A DNA stretch of 32,000 nt from Geotalea uraniireducens Rf4 (lineage in GTDB: Bacteria > Desulfobacterota > Desulfuromonadia > Geobacterales > Geobacteraceae), in assembly GCF_000016745.1 (NCBI RefSeq), contig NC_009483.1, positions 3,480,001-3,512,000 of the forward strand, in the 5' to 3' direction. A program made the position numbers and the translations under genes. The notes under the pieces are model-generated. The model had not been told where the DNA came from. It saw only the letters and a list, made by a program, of their open reading frames with translations, and ran no database searches. Below are positions 12,701 to 18,258 of this stretch, in pieces; position 1 is the first letter of the stretch; each line of letters opens with the position of its first letter.

Positions 12701-15025
12701 GCCGCCGGGAGTGAGGCCGAGCCGCGCCTTGGCGCCGGCCGGCATGGTAATGCCGGTAAACGTTACCTGGCTAAGGACGCCGTCGGCAGCGGGGATGACA
12801 ATACCGAGATCGAAGCCGGCATCGGCGTAAGCCTCCAGGTCAAGCCGATAACTACCGGCATCCAGCTTGGTGACAAGGGTCAGGGTGCTGCGACCCGTAT
12901 CGTTCCGGGAGAGGGACAACTGATCACCGTAGGGGATCTCCCGGAACATCTCACCGTCAGAGAGCCCGCCGCTGCGGTTGCCGACAGAGTCGGAAAGACG
13001 GACCCTCACCGGCGCACTGGTGGTGATAACGGAAATATGGCCGGGACGGTAGGAGGATTGTCTCGCCAAGCCGGCCTGGAAGGGAAACGCGCCGGTCGCC
13101 TGGATTTCATTCTGGAAGACAGCGGCAATGGCGTTGTTCAGGTTCAGCCCTTGGGTGGAACGCCGCCGCAAACTGTCGAAGGGACGATTGGCATTGTCCG
13201 AGCCGATGAAGTCAAAGGCCAGGTCTTCCACCGCCTTCACGGTCGTATCGTTCAGCAGGATGCGCAGCCCCGCCTCGGAAAGGTCGTTGGCGCGAGCGGT
13301 GATGATCTGCTTGGGAATTGGAAGGACATCGGCTGGGAGCGCGCCGGTGGGCGCCGTGGCAACACTCCATGCCTGGCCGAGAAGTCCGACTGCGGCATTG
13401 ATCAGATCAGCAGGTAGTCCGTCGGTATAGGGAAGGATGAGGCTGTCGGGGGAGAGCGGAATCCCCAGCTCCCCGACTCCCATACGGAGGATAAAGCGCC
13501 CCTTGACCTCTTCCGAGGCAAAGGCGGTGGCCGTGACCTTGCCGGTGCGCTGGGAGATGACGCGATACTTTATCGTCGCCGATGAGCCCGACAGTATGGT
13601 TTCGATCTGCTTGTCCGGGTCCTCGCCGTTGGCAAAGACGGCACCCGACAGGGCGCGGGAGTCAAGGTGGATGGAAACCAGGTTGGCGACCGCCTGCGAG
13701 GTATTGGTAACCGTGACGAACAGGTCGTAAGCCTCGCCGCTCCGCACCGTTGCCGGATGGCCGAGGGTTATGGAAAAATCGGGGTTACGCACCAGCACGG
13801 CGCCGGTCGCCTTGCCCTTGAGGGTAACCGGGCCGATGGGGAGCCCTTCGAGGGTGGCAGTTATTTCAAAATCGAGCTTATGGGTCCCTTCCTTCAGCCC
13901 CTCGATGGTAAAATCCGCCTGTCCCGATTCAGCCGGATGGAGAAGGCTGATATCGTCGGCAGTGCCGTATTTGCCGTCTGGACCGGCATGCATCGCCGGC
14001 ATGATCCGTGGAAAGAAACCGCCAGTCCCTTTGGCCATGCGTAAAGGGTCATCGCCGGAAATGTCATCGGTACCGGGGTTTAAATCCGCACCGGACGGGA
14101 AGATGATTTTAACCTGGATGTCCTTTACCACCAGGTTGGACTGACCGGGAGCACCGTTGGTGACGATGGCCATGGCGCTGAAATACTGATGGAGAAAGCC
14201 TATATTCCCCGGGATAACGACGATACCGGGGATGGGGGGAAGTTGAATCGGCGGCGCTCCCGGTTCACCCACTTTGGACGCTTCAAGCATAAACCCGGAG
14301 ATGCTGATATTTTCGGGGACAGGGGTCTGGGGGGAAGCAGTTATTTCCGTCGGCATCCCGAGTCCGATGCCAGGCATAGGCGGCAGTTTCTCGGGTTCAT
14401 ATAGAGTTGATGCATTGGGAATAAGCACCGGCAGTCTCAGCGGCACCTGGCCACTCTCTGTGGCAATGGCGGCGGTAAACTCGTATGCGGTAAAGTTGGA
14501 GCTGTCGAAGGTCACGCCACGATCCTGCAGCTCCTGGGTAGAGAGCGGCCGGGTAGTGACCGAGGTCACGAGCGGATCCGGGATCGACTCGATGGCCACC
14601 GCCTGGGGCACGGCGCCGAACAGGGTCTTGCCGCTTCCGTCCACGAGGCGGATGTTATTGAGGGTGTATTTGCCGATGATAGCCAGGGTCGGGAGGTCGA
14701 ACGGTTTTCCCGGCTTGGTCACGAGAGGAAGCGGGGTCTGGAACGAAGGGCCGGAAAGCTCGGCCCGTACCGTGTAGTCGGCGGGAAGCTGGGCAGCGAT
14801 CTCGTCAATGTTGAACGTGCCGGTATCGAACAGGGTGTTCACCTTGCTGGCGATCCCCTTCGGCACTGCCTGGTATTCGGGGTCAGCCTTGAGCCCCACG
14901 CCGACTATGTTGAAGTCGAAGCTGGAGAGGACATTGGCCAGAGGATCAGCCACCTGCGCCGTCGCGACACCGCCCATCCCCAGAGTAATCAACACCGCCC
15001 ACACAATTCCGATCAGTCGTTTCAT
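740..15025 (-). CDS. Giant (4761 aa) secreted multidomain surface/adhesin-like protein
   Basis: Single uninterrupted 14.3-kb ORF with ATG at 15025 preceded by purine-rich AGGCGGG. The N-terminus MKRLIGIVWAVLITLGMGGVATA/Q looks like a Sec signal peptide. From N to C it has about 800 aa that I cannot assign, then about 13 CarboxypepD_reg-like beta-sandwich repeats (e.g. VTGKVEREDGQSVAGLHVIADVDGTTRIVQTDTQGNFTISGVPLGTVSLRV). These are followed by SbsA/Big_5-like Ig domains (e.g. PPSVKSVSPSNGTIEVATDGVVRVTFSETIDPANV) and two LamG-like domains. The C-terminus carries four Gly/Asn-rich modules. Confidence 0.9.
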   Translation of the reverse strand: MKRLIGIVWAVLITLGMGGVATAQVADPLANVLSSFDFNIVGVGLKADPEYQAVPKGIASKVNTLFDTGTFNIDEIAAQLPADYTVRAELSGPSFQTPLPLVTKPGKPFDLPTLAIIGKYTLNNIRLVDGSGKTLFGAVPQAVAIESIPDPLVTSVTTRPLSTQELQDRGVTFDSSNFTAYEFTAAIATESGQVPLRLPVLIPNASTLYEPEKLPPMPGIGLGMPTEITASPQTPVPENISISGFMLEASKVGEPGAPPIQLPPIPGIVVIPGNIGFLHQYFSAMAIVTNGAPGQSNLVVKDIQVKIIFPSGADLNPGTDDISGDDPLRMAKGTGGFFPRIMPAMHAGPDGKYGTADDISLLHPAESGQADFTIEGLKEGTHKLDFEITATLEGLPIGPVTLKGKATGAVLVRNPDFSITLGHPATVRSGEAYDLFVTVTNTSQAVANLVSIHLDSRALSGAVFANGEDPDKQIETILSGSSATIKYRVISQRTGKVTATAFASEEVKGRFILRMGVGELGIPLSPDSLILPYTDGLPADLINAAVGLLGQAWSVATAPTGALPADVLPIPKQIITARANDLSEAGLRILLNDTTVKAVEDLAFDFIGSDNANRPFDSLRRRSTQGLNLNNAIAAVFQNEIQATGAFPFQAGLARQSSYRPGHISVITTSAPVRVRLSDSVGNRSGGLSDGEMFREIPYGDQLSLSRNDTGRSTLTLVTKLDAGSYRLDLEAYADAGFDLGIVIPAADGVLSQVTFTGITMPAGAKARLGLTPGGSDFSLQIDTNGDGVPETIIAPAATLVIPDQAPEVVAVTQIVPGFGPGGDKHGRTVAILFSEKVTKVSAQNLANYSVDENAARISYLQPSGRMAFILLRDGIGPFVERKITVSGITDLKQNQLTPVTMPIRTTAKGPAALVNGSVRKASGETIPGAVVRLMQLQWVEQDYERLQKYFIISEKPADANGRYQFDYVLQNDDPSGPFQVEAVDPQTSDGANIITSVVFNEQKLNLDLFMKARGSVSGVVRDAAGQAVASAQVLITTLSGDRSYLAVSDAVGAFSFANVRVGAFTLKAVSQSLFAEGSIMGTLPDNGGSITQDITIYRLSDAKRGNIAGKVLGSDGTPRAGVIVVAQIFEGSGVRYSNWMRSGSDGSYAFNGIFAGKLRIDVKDDASGERTSASGTVLEGGTSVFNIILKGTGTVTGKVEREDGQSVAGLHVIADVDGTTRIVQTDTQGNFTISGVPLGTVSLRVTNPRDFNQTLVSLSVSLLTAGDTANAYLFVPAKSFFTGTIQGTVYRLDGSVFPHATVRLVNLFSNTYFAYKADGEGKYVIPALPMQTHYLTVVNGREIANASTTLWYDTQTRTVDLHPVGMGSVTGTIYDEGSGMIPVGADVALSSMRPDGLGWLRYDRSANVKSDPQSGRYTFTNVYVGDFTVSAFNVLRPTLVSKRGTLTANNETATADLVLKDTFGSISGQVLLPNGTPAGADITVAVTFGGADVVVTTNAEGKFQFRPVIPAGNYSVLVEDLVTTLKGKGYVSVPAGRDVAVTIRLLGRGSMTVRALNADNTIAPNTAISLKGSDFPNDLANGVTGPNGTITFENLTEGRYAISAMGSSNRGGRAEGNIPLDHAAVNVDVRLAPSGSFSGTFFKSDGVTPIQGGQIKLLNSGKQVVAYAFTSTEAATAGQFRLDFVPLGDFTLEGFDPISERRGVGGGKLTSDGETVIANVAVTPIGVVKGRVLNYSGTAPVSNANVRIWVNGVSSYSNETSTSPDGSFLFAGVPAGRFNLDATEPLTRLHGQATGAISYESEIAQTELHIAPTGSIEGSVLMPDRTTPAGSATVTLEESGVTTQVDPATGAFRFLNLAAGKSYSIRANENGANRVGKTITTITGDGEIARADITLRGIGVVEGIVFDTNTTAPLEGARVTIQTNTTSADAYTDSTGSYRFADVPASSFTLRASHPQRLTAASASGTLDNEGQIVDINLTFGSVGSVTGTVVMADGITPARGGVVKFTGGGRTFIAVIDTNGQFGFNNIPLCSFKLSIEDASGLAIGYALGNIVSNGEVVAVGTIILDDKPITVIAVDPVSGAVDIPVSQAIKILFSEPANPLTVNSSTVYIQQGTSRITGSLVLDQDNKGVTFTPSAPLTGFTLYTVVVTTGIQDRVERPLPQTFTSTFSTVDNTPPSVKSVSPSNGTIEVATDGVVRVTFSETIDPANVSGIKLLQGNIPVAAQLDLIQGGTVAVLTPLNPLVANGNYTVSVSNARDMVGNIQQGTFLSSFNTIDTIAPTISSLTVPANADLIRGNTVAVTAVSPGTDVAFVDFYVDGMLTATDTTAPYSMNLLLSKEGAVQVKAVAQDRVGNRWLPVSLDLTVAADQPPTVAFTAPAEGSSVNTGAGFSVTVQGSDDLTVKEIALTVAGEVMATQTKTNLSGKNVSTTFNFTAPTTITQGGNIVLTAIAKDSAGNSSQAALRTLTVHDGIAPVAVSLVSTGQTVKYRPGDTGTATFDATDNVGVTRIACSASGAVTENRDFALPSPQSSVSQEFSFTVPVNAASNATTTISCTAFDAAGYLATRSITLAVADVIPPQVTGASVANNATDVPVGSSISVSFSEALATSSVTASSVVLTDTAGQPVPGSVTIAADRKGITFKPTSALARGAAYTLTVTAAITDAAGNSLAAPYDVFFTTDNTAPSLKTISPASGSQNVPVGSAIAFTFSEAIDPASVKSDSISLSSAFGPVAGTVGLSADNSSAIFKPLGQLSFSRDYTITFKASIADISGNLTAVNYTGAFLTQSPSSDLVGLWTMDGDWSDSSGNGNHGTASGGAAFASDHAGGAMAGSFDGANDYIKVNNSSSLNPTAITVEAWAKSATPMWGSGSIASKYGAYTLRPVEGSKELRFYAGSQYAAVNDPDLDPTQWHHYAGTYDGFSIKLYVDGVVRSTVAYNGNLYTAGTNPLYIGWDDWQTWRYFKGLIDEVAVYKQALPAEDIFEHYHAALTSDRLPPAPPTVNAVESPTFNNNIILTGTKEADASVRVNGREVVGHDASTTWQTIYSLQPGQNILDITSRDMAGNASDPVTISVDLLPANQRDPDIVGLWHLDGNWLDYSGNGNHATGNGAVFSAELIEGAAAAIFDGSNDYVSISDSASLDVTTAMTLEAWIKPNNVSTYQQIIDKFGTYGDSTYRIGLVPSGQISFDISGNGGAIDYTVSTNAPITQGKWHHVAATFDAGAVKLYVNGVEVASKVSSITVLKAGTSPLNLGFEPTTGRYFNGLMDEVAIYKRALSPEEIRSHYNALPTVTLASPGQTTKYRPGDAGNATVTVNHDPGVSSLICTASGAASGMMTLPFGSLQTAVSQDFAFNVTANAASYATVTLTCSAVDAAGHIGSSSINLTVSDIVAPTVAGASIADHAVNVAATESFTVSFYEVLAQSTVNATSVSLMTDNGTNLMVGGTVTLSPDRKSISFTPATALDGDTPYRLTVSTSVTDMAGNPLTADYVLHFTTQSVTAVSVAGQGTSTAPYVVAAGRYSTISITGSYVVFDGPVAADSLSLTGGSVLTHEQTGLTGAEQLDIAASSITIDAASKIDVTGKGYLGAWQGLNGGLPRTHGNMTSGTSSDYYNGGSYGGLGGIYSGSVNGAYGDLTNLNEPGSGGSGYPTNSSYAGGNGGGLVRIKAGTLSLSGSILADGASATYGSGSGGGILIDVSTLTGSGAIYARGGSSSYGAGGGGRIAVYYDTISLAVANIIASGGQSGNGGNSARNGGAGTIYLKNNGKDKADLIICNNAIVSSVATPVPGGDYGTVDVKGGTLIAMNGSFTTESDIVLTNTQMTINGSIAIPNLLMDNSTLIINGSLKAAGNIVMQNKSMLTHSGATTAVVQMLDITATNVTIDSTSKIDVSGKGYLGGWQGGNNTNTGRTLGNTTDGGSVYNNGGSFGGLGGISAWSGNVNGSYGNPQLPDELGSGGGGNGSSNAGGNGGGLVKISAGTMSLLGSILVDGGTTYVSGGGSGGSIQINVGTLTGSGTISARGGAATANTNYGAGGGGRIAIYYGVNTFPTANITASGGKGGDGSNPARNGGAGTIYLKDNVKSLGDLIVDNRGILTSNTTTVPGGDYGLVDVRGGAAISMNGDLNPGMDMVIAGSQLTVSGGIKAPGNLTIDNSVVTVAGAVNVSGVLELKNQSVLSHYVATTTSQWKLEVTAGSVTVDATSKIDVSGKGYLGGWRGGNNTNTGRTLGNTTDGGSVYTNGGSYGGLGGISAWGGNVNGSYGNPQLPNELGSGGGGNGSSSNAGGNGGGLVKISAGTMSLLGSILADGGTTYVSGGGSGGSIQINVGTLTGSGTISARGGAATANTNYGAGGGGRIAIYYGVNAFPTVNITASGGKGGDGSNTARNGGAGTIYLKDDVKSLGDLIVDNRGIDARDDSTLMKLIGRGAISIITSDSLTMSGSNWTAGAFAGLRINPNVNQSVYFTIKDNTADTIYINSADGNLNQMAAVGDTFSGVFALNQLQILGKARVYTTEQYNVATDVIVDNSVLTASEIYADQLSVTNAGMVTQPSTTTTTAYRLKIDAVTDFTVDATSKIDVSGKGYLGGWQGENNTNTGRTLGNTTDGGSVYTNGGSYGGLGGISAWGGNVNGSYGNPQLPNELGSGGGGNGSSSNAGGNGGGLVKISAGTMSLLGSILVDGGTTYVSGGGSGGSIQINVGTLTGSGTISARGGAATANTNYGAGGGGRIAIYYGMSSFAPENIKVSGGISGNGGTAARNGSIGTIYTLQR
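852..1345 (-). repeat. Gly/Asn-rich module IV, near-identical DNA repeat core (copy 1 of 3)
   Basis: Hand alignment with 1962-2455 at a constant offset of 1110 nt shows only scattered mismatches. It encodes KIDVSGKGYLGGWQGENNTNTGRTLGNTTDGGSVYTNGGSYGGLGG...GAGGGGRIAIYYG. Confidence 0.85.
1811..2455 (-). repeat. Gly/Asn-rich module III, near-identical DNA repeat (copy 2 of 3)
   Basis: Aligns with 2759-3400 at offset 948 nt (945 nt after a 3-nt indel) and with 852-1345 at offset 1110 nt. All offsets are multiples of 3. Confidence 0.85.
2759..3400 (-). repeat. Gly/Asn-rich module II, near-identical DNA repeat (copy 3 of 3)
   Basis: See the 1811-2455 entry. The antisense ORFs 900-1154, 2010-2264 and 2958-3209 are near-identical for the same reason. 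Confidence 0.85.
3745..4325 (-). repeat. Gly/Asn-rich module I, a diverged copy recognisable mainly at protein level
   Basis: Encodes KIDVTGKGYLGAWQGLNGGLPRTHGNMTSGTSSDYYNGGSYGGLGG...GAGGGGRIAVYYD...NGGAGTIYLKNN. The motif order matches modules II-IV, but the DNA is clearly diverged. Confidence 0.6.
5175..5779 (-). other. LamG / laminin_G_3-like lectin-fold domain 2 within the giant protein
   Basis: DIVGLWHLDGNWLDYSGNGNHATGNGAVF...FDGSNDYVSI...LEAWIKP...WHHVAATFDAGAVKLYVNGV...FNGLMDEVAIYKRALSPEEI matches the usual LamG_3 landmark order. Confidence 0.65.
6075..6656 (-). other. LamG / laminin_G_3-like lectin-fold domain 1 within the giant protein
   Basis: DLVGLWTMDGDWSDSSGNGNHGTASGGAAF...FDGANDYIKV...VEAWAKS...WHHYAGTYDGFSIKLYVDGV...FKGLIDEVAVYKQALPAEDI. 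Confidence 0.65.
8900..12290 (-). other. Array of about 13 CarboxypepD_reg-like beta-sandwich repeats within the giant protein
   Basis: Units of about 85-95 aa recur with the pattern [IV]xGxVxxxxGxPxxGAxVxhxx...[ST]DxxGxFxFxxhxxGxaxhxh. I counted them by eye from GSVRKASGETIPGAVVRLMQ to TNGQFGFNNIPLCSFKLSI. Confidence 0.6.
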
Positions 15026-15066
15026 ATCGCCCGCCTATGGAAAAATTATTTCAAAGATTTAAATGG

Positions 15067-15095
15067 TTGCATTAGCCCGCAGAGCAGGATAATAT
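15067..15095 (+). promoter_or_regulatory. Putative sigma70-type promoter of vapBC
   Basis: TTGCAT (15067-15072), a 17-nt spacer, then TAATAT (15090-15095), lying 32 nt upstream of the vapB ATG. Two ATTCTTAC direct repeats (15094-15101 and 15105-15112) overlap or follow the -10 element. Confidence 0.35.
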
Positions 15096-15126
15096 TCTTA
15101 CATAATTCTTACCGGAGGTAATCCGT

Positions 15127-15378
15127 ATGAAAACCGTTAAACTATCGAGCAAAGGCCAATTCATCCTCCCCAAGGCCATCCGCGACCGGCACCACTGGGA
15201 GGTGGGCACGGAATTCGTCATCATCGACCGGGGAGCGGAACTGGTCATCAAGCCGACCAAGGTCTTCCCGCCGACCGAATTGGAGCCCCCCGACGCCCCA
15301 TCGGTCTACAGGGGCAAGCCGCTCTCACTGGAGGAGATGGAACGGGCCGTCATGGTCGAAGCGGGGAAGCACAAATGA
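15127..15378 (+). CDS. vapB: AbrB/SpoVT-fold (MazE/VapB-type) antitoxin
   Basis: 83 aa. The N-terminal KLSSKGQFILPKAIRDRHHWEVGTEFVI fits the looped-hinge-helix AbrB-type motif. GGAGG lies 8 nt upstream of the ATG. The stop overlaps the next start in ATGA (15375-15378). Confidence 0.85.
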   Translation: MKTVKLSSKGQFILPKAIRDRHHWEVGTEFVIIDRGAELVIKPTKVFPPTELEPPDAPSVYRGKPLSLEEMERAVMVEAGKHK

Positions 15379-15776
15379 TCGCCGTCGACACGAACATCCT
15401 GGTGCGCTACGCGGTGAAGGACGACCGTAACCAGGCGGCGCTGGCAACCGATTTCCTCGCCAGGAACCGCTGTTTCGTCCTCAAGACCGTCCTCATCGAG
15501 CTAGCCTGGGTCCTCTCTTCGTCTGCCGGCTACAATCTCCCCCGGGAAAACGTTCATGAACGATTGCTCCACATTCTCGGCCTGCCGGACATTGAAACGG
15601 AAGATGCCGCCCACGTTGCCCAGGCTCTCACTTGGTACGCGGAAGGGATGGACTTCGCCGATGCCCTCCATCTCGCCGGCAGTGTGGAACTGGCAGGTCT
15701 TGCCACCTTTGACCGTAAATTTGTCGCAACTGCGGAAAAGCTCGACGCCGTTCCCTCGGTACTCCTCGTGCGATAA
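15375..15776 (+). CDS. vapC: PIN-domain ribonuclease toxin
   Basis: 133 aa. It begins MIAVDTNILVRY with the conserved first Asp, and further acidic landmarks are present (ELAWVL, DFADALH, TFDRKF). A 4-nt overlap with the upstream antitoxin gene is typical of vapBC. Confidence 0.9.
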   Translation: MIAVDTNILVRYAVKDDRNQAALATDFLARNRCFVLKTVLIELAWVLSSSAGYNLPRENVHERLLHILGLPDIETEDAAHVAQALTWYAEGMDFADALHLAGSVELAGLATFDRKFVATAEKLDAVPSVLLVR

Positions 15777-15827
15777 GCTCTTCCTTTTTCAATCCTTTCG
15801 AACCGAATTATTTTCTCTCACACTCGG
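15709..15827 (+). repeat. Direct repeat copy A: last 68 nt of vapC plus 51 nt downstream
   Basis: Hand alignment with 24277-24395 gives 119 nt with 8 mismatches and no gaps. Confidence 0.9.
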
Positions 15828-15882
15828 ATTCATTGCTCATTTCTCTCATGTAAAGGACTGACCCTTCTGTCTTTCTCTTGGC

Positions 15883-16887
15883 TTACTCAAGCCCAACATA
15901 TTCTATCTTTTCCAGGTTCTTAAATAAGTTACGCTTTGGGTCATATTCTAGGTTTCTTGTATAGTCTGGATTAAAGTAATATTTGAAAATAATCACAGCT
16001 GTATTTGGGCCTTTGGGATAGAATTTGATGTCTCCATGAATTTTGCCATACATGGCTCGAACTAATTTGCCATCCTTTTCCTCAGATCTAATCCTGAAAA
16101 TATAGTTATTATCGTCTTTAAAACTCTGCTTAACTGGTTCTGTTAGCGATAACTTTCTTGTTGCACTTATTGATTTATTATATCCATCTTCCGGAGCGTA
16201 TCTGGGAAGTTTGAATTCACTTCCAAATCTCCGATTATCCTTTATTAATTGTATTCCATCATATCTATTCGAAAACGTAATGGTTAACTCACTATCATAT
16301 TCATACTCTATTACATAAGTAGGGTGAAACTTGAAATTTTTGTTATTCAGCTTCAATATTAAATCAGAATGAAGACCTTTCCCATATGGCGCTACCCAGT
16401 CATATTCCATCAAATCAAAGCCGACACCAGATGTTATATCAGGTAATTTAATTTCCTTAGACATTTTAGAATCTCTTGCATACATCGGCACAGGGTTTTC
16501 GATTTTTCTCAATACTACATTAACAACTTGATCCCATGGTTGCCACTTGAGGCCCTCTGCCTTTCTAAATTGATATTCACCGTAATACTCGTAATAGCCA
16601 TTTTTGTTAATATGATAACTGACCCCACTCACTGTCTTATGCTTAACCCAACATGCTCCTTTAGCATCAGTCAGTACTCTCACAATATCTTCATTTGTTC
16701 CTTTATCTCTCATTACTGGCTGATCGAATCCAACGGAAATATCGGCCTTTTCAACTGGCGCCCCTTGTTCGTCAACTATATGAAATGATAATTTAGCTTC
16801 CGGTATTATAAAGGCCCACGTATGACTATATGAAATTGCAACGATGCTGATTACAGCAAACAGTGATAGGATTATATTCCTCATCAT
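15883..16887 (-). CDS. Exported protein of unknown function; member of the 4-copy family that follows the hydrolase tips (putative orphan immunity paralogue)
   Basis: The ORF track starts at TTG 16902. I prefer ATG 16887 because GAGGA lies 5 nt upstream (ggcGAGGAatcaaATG). The N-terminus MMRNIILSLFAVISIVAISYSHTWA is signal-like. The 3' ~660 nt are highly similar to 16930-17592. Conserved landmarks shared with 19668-20633 and 24505-25461 are R-K-[IK]-E-x-P, Y-[AV]-P-[EP]-x-G-Y and NP-x-x-x-RN[LV][ED][YF]D. Confidence 0.8.
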   Translation of the reverse strand: MMRNIILSLFAVISIVAISYSHTWAFIIPEAKLSFHIVDEQGAPVEKADISVGFDQPVMRDKGTNEDIVRVLTDAKGACWVKHKTVSGVSYHINKNGYYEYYGEYQFRKAEGLKWQPWDQVVNVVLRKIENPVPMYARDSKMSKEIKLPDITSGVGFDLMEYDWVAPYGKGLHSDLILKLNNKNFKFHPTYVIEYEYDSELTITFSNRYDGIQLIKDNRRFGSEFKLPRYAPEDGYNKSISATRKLSLTEPVKQSFKDDNNYIFRIRSEEKDGKLVRAMYGKIHGDIKFYPKGPNTAVIIFKYYFNPDYTRNLEYDPKRNLFKNLEKIEYVGLE

Positions 16888-16929
16888 TTGATTCCTCGCC
16901 AAGTTGGGAGAAACTGCGGTGTTCGTGAC

Positions 16930-17940
16930 TTACTCAAGCCCAACATATTCTATCTTTTCCAGATTCTTAAATAAGTTACGCTTTGGGTCATATTCCAGAT
17001 TTCTTGTATAGTCTGGATTAAGGTAGTATCTGAATATGATTACTGCCGTATTAAGCCCTTTTGGATTGAACTCAATCTCGCCTTGTATTTTCCCATACAT
17101 AGCCCTGATTAGCTTTCCATCTTTTTCCTCTGATCTGATTCTGAAAATATAATTGTTATCGTCCTTAAAACTCTGTTTAACTGGTTCTTTTAGCGATACT
17201 TTCCTTGTTGCACTCATTGATTTATTATATCCATCTTCCGGGGCATATCTGGGAAGTTTGAACTTGCTTCCAAATCTCCGACTATCCTTTATCAACTGTA
17301 TCCCATCGTATCTATTCGAAAACGTAATGGTCAGCTCACTATCATATTCATAGTCGATTACATAATTTGGGAGAAACTTAAAGTATTTATTGTTCAACTT
17401 GAATATTAAATCAGAATGAATACCTTTACCATACGGCGCTACCCAATCATATTCCATCAAATCAAAGCCGACACCTGATTTCACATCTGCTAAATCAGGT
17501 ATTTGCATTTTTTTAGACATTTTAGAGTCTCTGGCATACATCGGCACTGGATTTTCTATTTTTCTCAATACAACATTAATTATCTGATCCCAAGGTTGCC
17601 AACGATTTCCTTCAATTACTTTAAACTTATATTCACCATAACTTTCATAATAACCCTCTTTATTAGCTTCATATCCAATGTCACGTATTGTTCGGCCTGA
17701 AGCTGTAAATAACCCCTTGGCATCAGTTTCACCTTTAATGGATTCACTATCAATTCCTTGTTCGCCTTTTCTCGGCACTTGAAAGCCCATTTCTATTTTT
17801 ACATTTTTTACTGGCTCGCCTGTTTCATCAACTACACGCAGAGTAATCTTGGCATCAGGAATAGTAAACGCCCATAAACAGCCGCTTATTAGTGCCATCA
17901 TACTTATTGCGAACGATAACGAGATTAATTTTGCTTTCAT
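16930..17940 (-). CDS. Probable lipoprotein, tandem paralogue of 15883-16887 (putative orphan immunity paralogue)
   Basis: ATG at 17940 with GGGAGGA 8 nt upstream (the ORF track's TTG at 17943 is one codon earlier). The N-terminus MKAKLISLSFAISMMALISG/C contains a lipobox-like LISGC. The C-terminal ~215 aa are nearly identical to the neighbouring gene. Confidence 0.8.
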   Translation of the reverse strand: MKAKLISLSFAISMMALISGCLWAFTIPDAKITLRVVDETGEPVKNVKIEMGFQVPRKGEQGIDSESIKGETDAKGLFTASGRTIRDIGYEANKEGYYESYGEYKFKVIEGNRWQPWDQIINVVLRKIENPVPMYARDSKMSKKMQIPDLADVKSGVGFDLMEYDWVAPYGKGIHSDLIFKLNNKYFKFLPNYVIDYEYDSELTITFSNRYDGIQLIKDSRRFGSKFKLPRYAPEDGYNKSMSATRKVSLKEPVKQSFKDDNNYIFRIRSEEKDGKLIRAMYGKIQGEIEFNPKGLNTAVIIFRYYLNPDYTRNLEYDPKRNLFKNLEKIEYVGLE

Positions 17941-18216
17941 CAATTAAGTCCTCCCGAACTTGTAAATTGCTCGAATATTTTATAGATGTATAAGAATGCT
18001 ATTTTTTTGATATCATTGTGAAACCAGTTCTTTGGTGATTTTCTCTCGCTTGGCCACTTGTCCCCTAGCGTTTTGAATCTTGATTGCATGTCAAAATTGT
18101 TTTCAATATCAATACTTATTAGTTTGTTCTTCCCTGCCGCCAATGTCCTGGCAGGGAAAGCTTCCGCAAGCAGACGTGATCTGTTGTTACCGGCAAACTG
18201 ACTACCACCAGCTTCC

Positions 18217-18258
18217 GAAACAACCTTAAGGGGTCAACAAACAACCTTAAGGGGTCAA
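18217..18258. repeat. Tandem 2 x 21-nt REP-like unit ([G/C]AAACAACCTTAAGGGGTCAA)
   Basis: 18217-18237 and 18238-18258 differ only at the first base. The second copy overlaps the left inverted repeat of the RayT-like unit. The 13-mer CTTAAGGGGTCAA recurs at 24470-24482. Confidence 0.75.

Noticed and set aside
12086-13417. Long plus-strand ORFs inside the giant minus-strand genes. Examples are 12086-13417 (443 aa), 27835-28995 (386 aa), 7359-8036, 6554-7180, 710-1327, 30205-30882 and 27094-27825.
   Set aside because: They are antisense to long, motif-rich, uninterrupted ORFs in GC-rich DNA, where stop-free antisense frames are expected. Their products are Arg/Gly/Pro/Ala-rich low-complexity strings with no recognisable motifs or RBS.
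15855-15866. GGACTGACCCTT as a full member of the REP-like motif family.
   Set aside because: Only the TGACCC core and a few flanking bases match. A 6-mer core is expected about 15 times by chance in 32 kb on both strands, so I list it only as a weak candidate.
17940-18143. 67-aa minus-strand ORF upstream of the lipoprotein gene.
   Set aside because: It lies in an AT-rich intergenic leader, uses a non-ATG start with no RBS, has no recognisable motif, and overlaps the RBS/start region of 16930-17940.
18130-18158. Hairpin TTCCCTGCC-(11 nt)-GGCAGGGAA as a possible terminator.
   Set aside because: No T-run follows on either strand. It may still be structural or part of the element flank, but I cannot support calling it a terminator.
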